DNA of 64,000 nucleotides from assembly GCA_002327235.1 (NCBI GenBank), contig DCUX01000004.1:93553-157552 (forward strand). Reading direction: 5' to 3'. Below are positions 37,316 to 47,937 of the stretch, one piece after another. Origin of the DNA: Firmicutes bacterium UBA2203 (GTDB taxonomy: Bacteria; Bacillota; Desulfotomaculia; Desulfotomaculales; Nap2-2B). The position numbers were made by a program, and so were the translations under genes. Within the stretch, counting starts at the first letter, position 1; every line of letters starts with the position of its first letter. Under the pieces are notes generated by a model. That model was not told the DNA's origin and did no database searches. It saw nothing but the letters and a program-made list of their open reading frames with translations.

Positions 37316-37507
37316 TTTAACATATTTCCCACCGGTAAAAAACTAGCCACCACCAAAGATACGGCACTCAACAAGATGACTTTATTTAAAATACTATCAT
37401 TATCATTGCTGGGTAATCTATCATGAGAAAAATTATTTAGTTAAGTGGCCATAACCATATTATGGGTTTTTAGCCTTTACCTTATTCAATTTTATTAAGT
37501 ATATTTA

Positions 37508-39709
37508 TTACGGGTGTTCAATAAATTCTTTTTCCGTAGTAATGTTTAAGAAAGAGGGTAAGTTTTTATCTTTTGGGAGTAAATCCTCCTTTAAGGTGGG
37601 TCTAAATTCTACGTAAATTATTTTACCACGGGGTACTTTACTACCGGTAGGTATATTTTGGTAATATGCTCGTCCCGCACCCGACGGTTCTAAAAATAGA
37701 CCTGTTTGGGCAAGTAAATCAGCTGCCTCTGTTAGCTTTAACCCTGTTAAATCCGGTACGGTTACCTGTTCTTTTATTTGTTCTCTGGTTGGTTTTTGCA
37801 GGTTTAAAATAATTGTTGTACCGCTCATTATTTCTACCCCTGCTTCTGGTATTTGACCGTAAATAACCTTCCCTTCCCCCTGGGTTTTAAAATTTAAGTT
37901 ACTTTCCTGGAGTTTTTTTATTCCTTCTTCCCGGGGGTAATTAGTTACGTTAGGTACAATTACAGGCCTTTTTTCTTCTTCGTAAACAAAAGGTTGTTCC
38001 GGTTTTTTTAAACCTGGTGTTTCTGGCACTCCCAAATAATGAAGGGTATCCCGCACTACCGAGGCAAAAACAGGCGCCGCAACCTGGCTGCCGTAGTAAA
38101 GACCCCCTTGTGGTTCGGCAACCATAACTAGAGCGGATACGCGCGGGTTATCTACCGGGGCAAAACCCGCAAAAGAGGCCACGTATCGCCCGCTTACGTA
38201 ACCTCCGCCTTCTCCCACTACTTGGGCGGTACCGGTTTTACCGGCCGCCCGGTAACCAGCCACAAAAGCGTTTCGGCCCGTGCCTTTAAAAACTACCTTC
38301 TCTAGCAAAGACGCTGCTTGATGGGCTGCTTCCGGCGGGACTGCCCGGCAAACCGTCTTTGGTTTAAACTCAACCAGGTTTTCTCCTGAAGGGTCTTGTA
38401 TTTTTTTAACTATTTGGGGTCGGTATAAGGTTCCTCCGTTAGCTATAGCGCTAACAGCCGAGAGTAATTGAATGGGGGTAACGGCAATGGACTGGCCCAG
38501 CGATATGGTAGCTATGTTTAAATTAGTGGCTTTATCTTTGGGGATTATAATTCCTGCTGCTTCACCCGGCAACGCAACTTCCGTGGGAACCCCAAAGCCA
38601 AATTTTTCAAGGTAATGATAAAATTTTTCTTTGCCCACGCGCAAACCAACCTCAACAAAACCAGGGTTGCAGGAGTGCATTACTACTTCGGAAAACTTTT
38701 GGCTGCCGTGACCTCCGTCTAACCAGCAGTGAATATAACGGTCAGCAACTTTTATATAACCCGGACAGTAAAAGGGATCATTTTCTTCAACTACTTTTTC
38801 GGCTAAAGCCGCGCTTGCCGTTACTACTTTAAAGGTTGATCCCGGCTCATAATTATACCATATAGCCGGGTTCCGGTCCCAAATTTGGCGGGAAGTATTT
38901 AACCAGTTGTTGGGGTCAAAGGAAGGCCGGTTGCCTAGAGCCAATATCTCGCCTGTATTTGGGTTCATAACTATAATTACCGCTAAACGGGGGTGGTATT
39001 TTTGGACAATTAGGTTTAGTTCCCGCTCCACAAATTGCTGAATAGTAGTATCAAGCGTTAAAGTCAGGTTTTTTCCTTGCTGGGGCGGAAAAAACTTATG
39101 AATTGGCTCCGGTAATTCCCGCCCGGCCGCGTCTTGTTCAATGACTATCCGGCCTTGTTTTCCTTGAAGCTCACCGTCAAAACTATTTTCAAGACCAATC
39201 AGTCCTTGATTATCTACACCGGTAAAACCAAGTAAATGAGCGGCTAAATCACCATAAGGATAATGGCGTTTGCATTCTGTAACCAAAAACACGCCTGGTA
39301 AATGCAAAGCTTTTATTTGTTGCGCTACTTGTTCCGCTAAATTACGTTTTATCCATTCAAAACAGGTCGGGCGATTTAGCCTCTGGAAGATTTCGGCTGC
39401 CTCTATATTTATAAGGGATGATAAAATTTTAGCTGTTTTTTCGGGGTTTTTTATCATAAAGGGAACAACATATAAGGAGTCAGTACTGGTGTTAGTTACT
39501 AAAGTCCGGCCCTGCCGGTCATAAATATTGCCCCGTCCGGCGGCTACCGGAACATTCCGCAGGCGTACTTCTAAGGCTTTTTTTTGCAAGACATCACTTT
39601 TAATGAACTGGAGCCAAACCAGCCGGCCGGTTAAGAAAATTAAAGCCAGGCTAGTGAGCAAAATAAGCCAGGTCAATCTTTTTTGCCCAAGCAGGTAAAG
39701 ATGGTACAC
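37508..39709 (-). CDS. Class B penicillin-binding protein with two C-terminal PASTA domains (SpoVD/PBP2B/FtsI-like)
   Basis: SxxK (GSTFK), SxN (HSCN) and KTG (GKTGTA) motifs. Two PASTA-like repeats (VPNVTNY..., VPDLTGL...). Confidence 0.9.
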   Translation of the reverse strand: MYHLYLLGQKRLTWLILLTSLALIFLTGRLVWLQFIKSDVLQKKALEVRLRNVPVAAGRGNIYDRQGRTLVTNTSTDSLYVVPFMIKNPEKTAKILSSLINIEAAEIFQRLNRPTCFEWIKRNLAEQVAQQIKALHLPGVFLVTECKRHYPYGDLAAHLLGFTGVDNQGLIGLENSFDGELQGKQGRIVIEQDAAGRELPEPIHKFFPPQQGKNLTLTLDTTIQQFVERELNLIVQKYHPRLAVIIVMNPNTGEILALGNRPSFDPNNWLNTSRQIWDRNPAIWYNYEPGSTFKVVTASAALAEKVVEENDPFYCPGYIKVADRYIHCWLDGGHGSQKFSEVVMHSCNPGFVEVGLRVGKEKFYHYLEKFGFGVPTEVALPGEAAGIIIPKDKATNLNIATISLGQSIAVTPIQLLSAVSAIANGGTLYRPQIVKKIQDPSGENLVEFKPKTVCRAVPPEAAHQAASLLEKVVFKGTGRNAFVAGYRAAGKTGTAQVVGEGGGYVSGRYVASFAGFAPVDNPRVSALVMVAEPQGGLYYGSQVAAPVFASVVRDTLHYLGVPETPGLKKPEQPFVYEEEKRPVIVPNVTNYPREEGIKKLQESNLNFKTQGEGKVIYGQIPEAGVEIMSGTTIILNLQKPTREQIKEQVTVPDLTGLKLTEAADLLAQTGLFLEPSGAGRAYYQNIPTGSKVPRGKIIYVEFRPTLKEDLLPKDKNLPSFLNITTEKEFIEHP

Positions 39710-39749
39710 CTACTTTCACTTCCTACCATTTGTTGAAGTGGTATCTTAA

Positions 39750-40232
39750 TCAGGTACGATTAACTAAATTTACAAAAGCCTGAATTAGCCAGTTTCGGGT
39801 CTGTTTATGGTTTAGTTTAGTTGTTTTAGGCGGTAAGCTTTCTTTTTTGACGGCCGTAGACTCCTTTTTTTCTACCGGCACCCTAACTAATAAAACATTG
39901 CTGTTGTCGGCAGGAACCATTCCCAACCTGGTTGTAGCTACTGCTTCTACATTTTCCAGGGAGGATAAGCGGGCTATTTTTCCTGAAAGTTCTTGTGTTT
40001 CCATATCTAAGGCCGCTAAGTTTTCCTTTAAGCAATAAATATGGTAGTTTGTAGCCTGCACTTGCGTGTAAAAAAAGATAGTAAGCAGTCCTAAGCAGAA
40101 TCCCGCCAAAATTAAACCGGTGTAAATTAATAATTTTTTAGTCGGTAAAATATAATGTTTGGTTTGATTAATTAATGGGTTAATTTTTTCTGGTAATTCT
40201 TGCTTAAATACATCTTTTTGGGCCTTAATCAA
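39750..40232 (-). CDS. ftsL: FtsL-like cell division protein
   Basis: Single TM segment followed by a coiled-coil (LKENLAALDMETQELSGKIARLSS). Canonical position between rsmH and the PBP gene. Confidence 0.6.
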   Translation of the reverse strand: MIKAQKDVFKQELPEKINPLINQTKHYILPTKKLLIYTGLILAGFCLGLLTIFFYTQVQATNYHIYCLKENLAALDMETQELSGKIARLSSLENVEAVATTRLGMVPADNSNVLLVRVPVEKKESTAVKKESLPPKTTKLNHKQTRNWLIQAFVNLVNRT

Positions 40233-40235
40233 AAT

Positions 40236-41237
40236 TTATGCTTCCTCCTTCCTCTTTAGACCAGGGGATAGTTTTTCGGCAATTCTTAAGCGGGCGCTTC
40301 GGGAACGGGGGTTGCGAAAAATTTCTTCTGGTGACGGGACAATTGGCTGCGGCGTGATTTGTTTAATTAAAGCGCTCTTGTTGCATACACAAAGGGGAAA
40401 TTCAGGGGGGCACTGGCAAGAAGCCGCCAAATCCTTAAAGGTGTTTTTAACCAGACGGTCTTCTAAGGAATGATAAGAAATCACGCCAAGACGTCCACCA
40501 GGTTTTAACAAATTTACTGCTTCTGGTAATACCTGGGCTAAGTTTTCTAGTTCATGGTTAAGGGCAATCCGTAAAGCCTGGAAGGTGCGCTTAGCGGGGT
40601 GCCTACCCGTTCGTCTAGCTGCGGCCGGAATAGCTTTTTTAATGATTTCCACCAGTTGAGTGGTTGTTTCAATGGGTTGACGTTTTCTTTCCTGAACAAT
40701 AAAAGCAGCTACCCGTCTTGCCCAGCGTTCCTCACTAAAACGGGAGATAATTGTGGCCAGTTCTTTTTCCGAAAGTTTATTAACCAAGTTTGCTGCCGTT
40801 ACTAATTTATCCGGGTTCATCCGCATATCCAGCGGTCCTTCGTGCTGATAGCTGAAACCTCGCTGGGGGTCATCCAATTGGAGGGAACTGGCCCCTAAAT
40901 CAAAAAATATACCGTCTACATCCCTAATTTTTAACTTTTTAAAAACTTGAGCCAAATTAACGTAGTTTTCCTGGACCAAGATTACCTGTTTTTTGTAAAA
41001 AGAGAGGCGTTGTTTAGCTACGTCTAAGGCGTAAATATCCTGGTCAAAACCAACCAGCCTGGCTTCATGCCCGCAAGAATGCAGGATCTCCAGGCTATGT
41101 CCCCCTGTGCCTACGGTACAGTCAACGTATATTCCTTTGGGTTTTAAATTAAAACCCCTTAAGACTTCTTTTAAAAGAACCGGTTGGTGTAAGTAGTCCT
41201 GATTATAATTTGCTTCCATTAACCTTACCTTGGTCAA
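40236..41237 (-). CDS. rsmH: 16S rRNA (cytosine1402-N4)-methyltransferase
   Basis: HQPVLLKEV and DCTVGTGGHS motifs, with the C-terminal NPRSRSARLR block. Confidence 0.95.
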   Translation of the reverse strand: MTKVRLMEANYNQDYLHQPVLLKEVLRGFNLKPKGIYVDCTVGTGGHSLEILHSCGHEARLVGFDQDIYALDVAKQRLSFYKKQVILVQENYVNLAQVFKKLKIRDVDGIFFDLGASSLQLDDPQRGFSYQHEGPLDMRMNPDKLVTAANLVNKLSEKELATIISRFSEERWARRVAAFIVQERKRQPIETTTQLVEIIKKAIPAAARRTGRHPAKRTFQALRIALNHELENLAQVLPEAVNLLKPGGRLGVISYHSLEDRLVKNTFKDLAASCQCPPEFPLCVCNKSALIKQITPQPIVPSPEEIFRNPRSRSARLRIAEKLSPGLKRKEEA

Positions 41238-41253
41238 ACTTTAATTTTAAAAA

Positions 41254-41679
41254 CTAAAACTCCATTAAACTTTCCGCTAGTTGAGTTATTTTATTAGTTA
41301 CTTCTGCGGTGTAAAGATCCCAATGCTCTTTGGCCCATATTTCCACGTGCATTGAAGCGCCTGTAATCATTATTTCCTTTTCCAGCCCAGCGTAATTACG
41401 AAGATTGGCCGGAATTAATATTCTTCCCTGACGGTCAAAGCTGCATTCACAAGCTCCGGCAAAAAAGAAACGGATAAAGGCCCGGGCATCAGCTTTATTT
41501 AGGGGTAAAGCACGCATTTTATTTTCCAGGGCTATCCATTCAGAAGGGGGATAGGCAAAAAGGCAGTTATCCAGACCTTTAGTTAAAATAAATTTCTCGG
41601 TTAGGCCTTCCCGAAAAAAGGCGGGTACAATAAGCCTTCCCTTGCAATCTATGGTATGCTGGTATTCACCAATAAACAC
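41254..41679 (-). CDS. mraZ: Transcriptional regulator MraZ
   Basis: Two SpoVT/AbrB-like repeats with DxxxR motifs ([18 protein letters not shown]). Confidence 0.95.
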   Translation of the reverse strand: MFIGEYQHTIDCKGRLIVPAFFREGLTEKFILTKGLDNCLFAYPPSEWIALENKMRALPLNKADARAFIRFFFAGACECSFDRQGRILIPANLRNYAGLEKEIMITGASMHVEIWAKEHWDLYTAEVTNKITQLAESLMEF

Positions 41680-41705
41680 CGTCTTAGCTCCTTTTGTCCC
41701 TGTCT

Positions 41706-41735
41706 ACCACTTTACACCACTAACTACCACTTCAC
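41706..41735 (-). promoter_or_regulatory. Putative MraZ operator: three AGTGGT boxes at 10-bp phasing plus a degenerate fourth
   Basis: The minus strand reads AAGTGA-AGTGGTAGTT-AGTGGTGTAA-AGTGGTAGAC, 27-56 nt upstream of the mraZ start. Confidence 0.55.
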
Positions 41736-41947
41736 TTTATAAATTCTAGCTGGTCTAAAAAATTCCTGCTTAAAATTAAAAAAAATTAAAAAAGCTAGAT
41801 TTATTTTTTTATAAACTAAATATTGCTTTACTTTTCGTTAACCTGGACATCTTGTGGTTCTTCTGATAAACTCATCTTTAAGGTGTACCCTTTAGGCCGT
41901 CATTTTTACCTTATTACCCCACCAATCCAAGGAATTGAAGGGTCATT

Positions 41948-43093
41948 ATGGATCAAAAGGAAACCAAAAAGATAATTAGCACCTTCGCCTTAGCTTCATT
42001 TTTAAATGATTTAGGCTCCGACATGATTTATCCTATCTGGCCATTGTTTGTAACATCTGTTTTAGGCGCACCAATGGCTATTCTTGGCTTAATAGATGGG
42101 TTGGGTGAGGCAATTGTTTCCATATCCCAAGCTGCTTCAGGTTATATCGCTGACAGGACAAGAAAAAGAAAAATTTTCATTTGGACAGGTTATTTGCTTG
42201 GGTCATTATCAAGGGTTGGTTATGCTCTATCAGCAGTTTGGCAGCAATTAATACCATTTAAAGTTTTAGACCGGGTGGGAAAAATAAGGGGTGCCCCCAG
42301 GGATGCTATTATTGCCGATATTTCCTTAAAAGAGAACAGGGGTAAAAACTTTGGATTGCTTCGAGCCATGGATAATCTTGGTGCCGTAGGTGGTATTTTA
42401 GTTTGCATTTTATTTTTTAAGCTATTAGGATATAGAAAATTATTTTTATTGGCCGCCATACCATCTGCCATTGGCGCTTTATTAATTATTTTTTTGATAA
42501 AAGAAAGAAAGCCGGCGGATGTTAAAATCTACCAAGGATTTGCCTTGAAAGATTTAGATAAGAATTTTAAATTATTCCTCCTGTCAAGTTCTTTTTTTGC
42601 CCTTGGTTCTTTTAGTTACTCTTTTCTTTTAATATACGCCAAAGAATTTGGTTTTCAGGTCGCCTTTGTACCGGTGCTGTATTTGATATTTACCGCTGTG
42701 GCCGCTCTCTTTTCGCTACCTTTTGGGAGACTGGCAGATAAAATAGGTAGAAAGTCGGTATTGGTGCTATCATATAGCCTTTGGGGATTAATATGCTTGA
42801 GCTTCATTTTTAGGCAAAGTTATTTGTCGATTATTTTAACCTTTGTTTTATACGGTTTACACATAGGAGCATTACGTCCCGTGCAAACAGCGTTCGTATC
42901 TGAGCTTGCTCCAGCGGAATACCGGGCTAGCACTTTGGGAGGATTTCAAATGGTCATTGGTTTATGCGCTCTTCCGGCATCTCTAATTGCAGGGATACTT
43001 TGGGACCAGATTAATATATTCATGCCTTTTTATTTTTCACTAGGTTTAACTATTTTATCGCTCCTACTGTTAATATTTATAAAGGAGAAATAA
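41948..43093 (+). CDS. MFS transporter
   Basis: 381 aa with about 12 TM segments. MFS loop motif between TM2 and TM3 (GYIADRTRKRK). Confidence 0.8.
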   Translation: MDQKETKKIISTFALASFLNDLGSDMIYPIWPLFVTSVLGAPMAILGLIDGLGEAIVSISQAASGYIADRTRKRKIFIWTGYLLGSLSRVGYALSAVWQQLIPFKVLDRVGKIRGAPRDAIIADISLKENRGKNFGLLRAMDNLGAVGGILVCILFFKLLGYRKLFLLAAIPSAIGALLIIFLIKERKPADVKIYQGFALKDLDKNFKLFLLSSSFFALGSFSYSFLLIYAKEFGFQVAFVPVLYLIFTAVAALFSLPFGRLADKIGRKSVLVLSYSLWGLICLSFIFRQSYLSIILTFVLYGLHIGALRPVQTAFVSELAPAEYRASTLGGFQMVIGLCALPASLIAGILWDQINIFMPFYFSLGLTILSLLLLIFIKEK

Positions 43094-43295
43094 AAAATAA
43101 GACGCTCCAAAATTGACTCTTGTTTTTACTACGTCCGTTTCAATTGAACAGGCATAAAAGTTACTGTAAAGTATTCTTCGGTATTTACCAGTAAACTTCC
43201 AGGAGAAAAAGCAGGAATTAAGCCCTTGAAAAATTGCACTTAACATCACCCTTGGTTTATTGTACAATATTTCTAAAAATATTTCTTAAAGTTTG

Positions 43296-43309
43296 CGAAC
43301 TAATGTTAA
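43296..43309 (+). promoter_or_regulatory. Possible LexA (Cheo-type) box overlapping the recN start codon
   Basis: CGAACTAATGTTAA has the form GAAC-N4-GTTA, one mismatch from the GAAC-N4-GTTC core. Overall 10 of 14 matches to CGAACATATGTTCG. Confidence 0.35.
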
Positions 43310-44994
43310 TTTCTCTTTACGTGAAAAACTTTGCCCTGGTAGAAGAAATTACCTTGGATTTTTATCCCGGCTTAAATGTTTTAACGGGGGAAACCGGCGC
43401 GGGCAAATCAATAATTGTTGACACCGTACAGCTTTTAACCGGAGGCAGGGCCGCAACAGAATATATCCGGACGGGCCAGGAAAAAGCGCTGGTGCAGGGC
43501 GTCTTCGACCTTACCAGAACGCCGGACGTAATCTTCTTTTTAAAAGAGCACGGTTTTGAACCAGAAGAGGATGGGACCTTGCTTATGTCCCGGGAAATAA
43601 CCCGCGGAGGAAAAAATGTTTGCCGGATTAACCAGCAAATAACCACTTTAAGTGTCTACCGGGAAATAGGTCAGGCCTTAATTAACTTGCACGGGCAGCA
43701 AGAACAGCAGGCCCTGCTTACTTTAGATCACCAGCGTGACTTGCTGGATAAGTTCGGGGGGCCGGAACTACAGGAAGCTTTAGACCAGGTAAAAAAATCT
43801 TTTTCCCACTGGCAAACAGCTAAAAAAACCCTCGACCAACTGAGCGAAAAAACGGAGCAGCAAACTAAAAATATTGCCCTTTTAAAATACCAGTTAAATG
43901 AGATTAACGCCGCCGCCCTACAAGAAGGTGAGGAAGATACACTTTTAACAGAAAAAAATTGGTTGGTTAACGCCGCAAAAATAGCCCGACTTGCCGGTCA
44001 AGGATACAGTCTTCTTTACGAAAGCGGGGCGGAGCAACCCGCCGCCTTAGAGCTATTAGGGGAAACTTTAAAGATAATCAGGGAACTGGCAGAAACAACT
44101 AAAGAAGCCGTTCCTTTGCCGCAAACTTTAGAAGATACTATAGCCCAGTTAAAAGAAGCGGCAAGCTTACTTTTTCACCTTCACGAAAAAGCCGAACCCA
44201 ACCCGGCGCGGCTGGCCGTTCTTCAGGAACGCCTGGAAACTATCCGGCAGCTTAAACGGAAATACGGCCCGACCATAGAAGATATATTAGCCCGGAAAAA
44301 AGAAATTGTTAACACCCTGAGGCAGCTTACCGAACACCAGGAAATATTTGAAACTTTGGAAAAAGAAGCTAAAGCCCACCAAGACACTTGGGAAAAATAT
44401 TCTTCCTTACTAAGTGAGCGGCGTCAAAAGGCGGCCCGGGTTCTGGAAGAAAAGGTAGCCGGTGAGCTTGGGGCCCTGGAAATGAAAGGGATTAATTTTA
44501 AGATTTCATTTTCCCCCTTAACCGAAACAGGACCTTCCACTTGGGGAAAAGAAAAGATAGAGTTCTTAATTGCGCCAAATCCAGGCGAACCCTTAAAACC
44601 CCTGGCGAAAATTGCCTCAGGCGGGGAATTGGCCCGGATAATGCTGGCTTTAAAAAGCATTCTGGCGGCGGTAGACGAGGTCCCCACCCTTATTTTTGAT
44701 GAAGTTGATACGGGTATTGGCGGCAAGGTTTTATCTACAGTTTCCGAAAGGCTAGCCTACCTTGGGCAGCACGGCCAGGTGATTTGCGTTACCCATGCTG
44801 CCCAGGTGGCGGCTTACGCTAGAACACATTACGCCGTTTTTAAGGAAGTCAGCGGCGGACATACCAAGATAAAAATAAAATTACTGGACCACTTTGAAAA
44901 ACTTTTAGAAATTACCAGAATGCTTGGCGGAACTGAAAAAAGCAGTATTATAAAAGAACATGCCCGACAGTTGTTAGAAAAAGGCAAGGTTTAA
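43303..44994 (+). CDS. recN: DNA repair protein RecN (start moved to the internal ATG)
   Basis: MLISLYVKNFALVEE is the conserved RecN N-terminus. Walker A GETGAGKS, long coiled-coil, and C-terminal SGGE/Walker B (LIFDEVDTGIGG). Confidence 0.9.
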   Translation: MLISLYVKNFALVEEITLDFYPGLNVLTGETGAGKSIIVDTVQLLTGGRAATEYIRTGQEKALVQGVFDLTRTPDVIFFLKEHGFEPEEDGTLLMSREITRGGKNVCRINQQITTLSVYREIGQALINLHGQQEQQALLTLDHQRDLLDKFGGPELQEALDQVKKSFSHWQTAKKTLDQLSEKTEQQTKNIALLKYQLNEINAAALQEGEEDTLLTEKNWLVNAAKIARLAGQGYSLLYESGAEQPAALELLGETLKIIRELAETTKEAVPLPQTLEDTIAQLKEAASLLFHLHEKAEPNPARLAVLQERLETIRQLKRKYGPTIEDILARKKEIVNTLRQLTEHQEIFETLEKEAKAHQDTWEKYSSLLSERRQKAARVLEEKVAGELGALEMKGINFKISFSPLTETGPSTWGKEKIEFLIAPNPGEPLKPLAKIASGGELARIMLALKSILAAVDEVPTLIFDEVDTGIGGKVLSTVSERLAYLGQHGQVICVTHAAQVAAYARTHYAVFKEVSGGHTKIKIKLLDHFEKLLEITRMLGGTEKSSIIKEHARQLLEKGKV

Positions 44995-45435
44995 AAATAA
45001 GCGGCTGAAAAATTAAAACCCTGAATCTTTAATCCAATTAAAATATGGTGTATTGCCCGGGTTAATTTTCTTTTCGATAAAGACAATAAATATTGTCTTA
45101 CCAGTGATGATATTTGCCATCACTTTGGTACAAAAAAAAGTACAGTTGGCCAAAAGGCTACTTTAATTGAAAAAACATTGAAGATTAAGTTATTCGACGA
45201 AAATTTTTGCACCCAGGAATTGATAGAACAGAACCCTTATCGTAATTTTGTCGTGATTAACGGACTACTTGTTCCGAGGGATTTGCCTAAATGATAGCAA
45301 CTCTTCCTTTAAAAACAAAACAAAAAAACCAAGATAATTCTAACTTCTGTTTATGACAACTGCGATTAATTAAAGAATTAAAAACGGTTAAAAGCAATTT
45401 TTTCTATCTTTTAAGTCTGTATTCGTAAAGGTCAA

Positions 45436-45953
45436 TTACTTTATCAGGTAAGCCGCTACCTTTTTCAAGATGATTGATGACTTTGGATATTTCTTCTCTT
45501 CCAGCAACAATAAGATCATTCCCCTATTCTTATCTTTTAGCTCATTTACAAAACTATAATTTCTGCCCGGGAGAAGCGACTGGAGTTTTTCCAGCAACTC
45601 GTCCGAATACGTATCCCGCTCAATTTCCCACCCTTTATCGGTATAGACAAGCATTGTAGTCTGCCGCTGTACTCTATAGCCAGGTATTCCTTATTAATCA
45701 TCCAGTCAACTCGGGCAGTTATCTCTTCAATCTTTAATTCCTGATAAAAACCGTATACGGAACTTTTATCTAGACCATATTGAAGTAATTTTTTATCTTT
45801 TGAGCCCTTCAGGATTTTGGCAAGCATATTCCTCCCTCCGGTGGCAATAAGCTCATCGGCACCACGTAAAATTGCTTTAATTTCTACAAACGGTAGCTCT
45901 TTTATCCCCTTTGGATCAAGGTGATAATGAACTTTTTGTTTCTTTCTACCCAT
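45436..45953 (-). pseudogene. RQC/HTH_40-like small DNA-binding protein, frameshifted
   Basis: ORF 45546-45953 (AKILKGSKDKKLLQYGLDKSSVYGFYQELKIEEITARVDWMINKEYLAIEYSGR) continues in another frame as ORF 45436-45654 (MLVYTDKGWEIERD...). The shift lies near 45655-45660. Confidence 0.55.
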
Positions 45954-46023
45954 TAATCAGTTTCGGTTGCGGATAATTTAAGACGCCAGATAATTTTTCT
46001 GCCTCCCCCAGACATTACAGGAT

Positions 46024-46507
46024 TCATTTTACTTTCGCCAGTGCCCGGTTTACTTCGTTTATATAAAAATATTCCGGGTCAAACTTTCTCCCATCTGTGT
46101 CCTTTTCTGCCCAGACCAGATAATCGTTGTACTCTGGATGCTCAGGGTCGCTAATTATACTTAAAAAATCTTCGTAACCCGAAACTCCGCCGGCATCCTC
46201 TGGTGGCCGGTGACGGGCACCGGCAACGCATACCGGATATCGTTTTTCTTCATCAACCGGCAAGATTTTCTCCAGGATTACCTCATGCTGCCAACTGTCC
46301 CCAAAGTCGTAGGTATAGACATAATTTTTGCGTTCGCCAAGCAGGGTATCGATCTTTTAGATGATAATCCTGCCATCCAAAAGCAGCTTGGATGGTTTTG
46401 TGCAATTTATAAAAAGTGATGTCTGACAACACTAAAACCCGCCTCCAGATGGGTGGTTCAATCTCCCTTAACGTTATTTTAAGCTGATATACCATATTTG
46501 ACCTCAT
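46024..46507 (-). pseudogene. pRiA4b ORF-3-like (PF07929-type) protein, frameshifted
   Basis: N-terminal ORF has YQLKITLREIEPPIWRRVLVLSDITFYKLHKTIQAAFGWQDYHL. C-terminal ORF has YPVCVAGARHRPPEDAGGVSGYEDFL...FDPEYF. The two halves are in different frames. Confidence 0.75.
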
Positions 46508-46847
46508 AATTCGCCACCTTTCTTTTTTTGTTCGCCAAGAGGAAACAATATTTTACCATTTTTTCGGTCTGCCCTGACGGTGAACTATTTTTGTCAATTT
46601 TATTTTTTCAGCCATTTTTATCACACCTTTTGCGTTGCAATTACCAGGATAGTTCCTCATGCCGCCTGCGGCACCACTAATTATGAAAAGCTTATTCTCA
46701 GAGCATTTCAGGGTATAGTAGATATCTATAAAAAACTAAACTGGCTTGTCTTTTATTATATAACCATCAACAGCATTTGGAAATAGTATTATTTGTTTCT
46801 GGTCAACCCCTTAGTTCCTTTTGTTTCTAATTGTTTTTTTGGTGAGA

Positions 46848-46997
46848 TTAGTACGAAAATAAATTGCCACCTATTTTCATTTGTGGTTGTGCCTTGCGAG
46901 CATGGGTGGTTAGAGTACCACATTTTTTATAGTTTTTCACCCAGTAATTAACCAGGCTAGAGGCAATATTATGCTTTTTGGCAACAATCCAAAAGAA
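46848..46997 (-). pseudogene. Transposase N-terminal HTH fragment (IS630- or IS3-like), no start codon
   Basis: Own translation: FFWIVAKKHNIASSLVNYWVKNYKKCGTLTTHARKAQPQ...*, preceded by an in-frame stop. Confidence 0.35.
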
Positions 46998-47516
46998 TTA
47001 TTACTTAAAACCGTATTTGGGGTGAAATCAAAATTTTAAAAAGGTTCACCATTAATTTTTGTCGAAAAAAAAGGTAAACGAAGGTAAATGGAGAATAAAA
47101 TAATAAAATTATAAAATAAAACATAATACCCAGATGATAGGCAAGCCAATATAAACCAAGGATTTGAGGAGGCAAAGCAAAAGGTCATTCAGGGTTTGGG
47201 AAAAGAAGCCTTTACCTCCACTAATGAATGAGGTTTTTGGAGAAGGAAATTTTAGGAATGAGAATGATTTTAAGGAAGATAAAGAATTTATCATCAGGGA
47301 ACTTGAAAGATGGTCGCCGCATATTGTCTATGTAAATGGACAGAGCGTTTTAACTCCAAAGCTTGGGAAGCATCAAGTAGAAATCTGATATATTGAGCCA
47401 AAATTTAAAAAATTAATGGAGGGATAGAAAAGGTTTTTCCTTATCAATGATAGGAGCGTTAAATTTAGCGCCCAACGAAGAAAGGTTAAGTTACTGATCG
47501 AAGGGAGTGAGGTATT

Positions 47517-47937
47517 TTGTTTCCGCTTCGTAAATTTCCTTTTGCCGGTCTATTTCTGATTTTACTCCTTTTGATTTTTACTTTCTTTTGCTGGCATGGC
47601 TGTTCGGAGGCGCCCCCTCAAAAGGACGTTCCGGTCTTAGCACTGCCTTCGCCGCGGCAGGTTTCTATTACCATAGCGATAATGGGTGATTTTTTAATGC
47701 ATCTGCCGGTGGTGTATTCGGTTCAGAACCCGCATAACGGCCGCTTTGAATTTAGTAAAAAACTTTTCCTCCGTGGCCGGATTAATTGCCGGGGCTGATT
47801 ACAGCATTGCTAACCTGGAAACCCGGCTGGCAGGAGCCGCGGCCGGCTATTCCGGCTATCCCCTGTTCAACTGTCCCGCTGACCTGGCTACGGAAATACA
47901 CACCATAAATAATCGCGTAAATAAAGAAGGGGTTTAG
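47517..47937 (+). pseudogene. CapA-family (PGA_cap metallophosphatase-like) N-terminal fragment, frameshifted and truncated
   Basis: Signal/TM segment followed by ITIAIMGDFLMH. After the frame change it reads GADYSIANLETRLAGAAAGYSGYPLFNCPADLA. It stops about 130 codons in, just before the next gene. Confidence 0.65.

Noticed and set aside
43234-43302. Longer recN start proposed by the ORF track (MHLTSPLVYCTIFLK...).
   Set aside because: The extension is hydrophobic junk with no RBS. The conserved RecN N-terminus MLISLYVKNFALVEE starts at the ATG at 43303.
47164-47388. 74-aa ORF in accessory patch 1 and the upstream out-of-frame peptide ...GFEEAKQKVIQGLGKEAFTSTNE*.
   Set aside because: No recognisable family, no clear RBS, and it is surrounded by pseudogenes. 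Probably another decayed fragment, so it is not reported as a gene.
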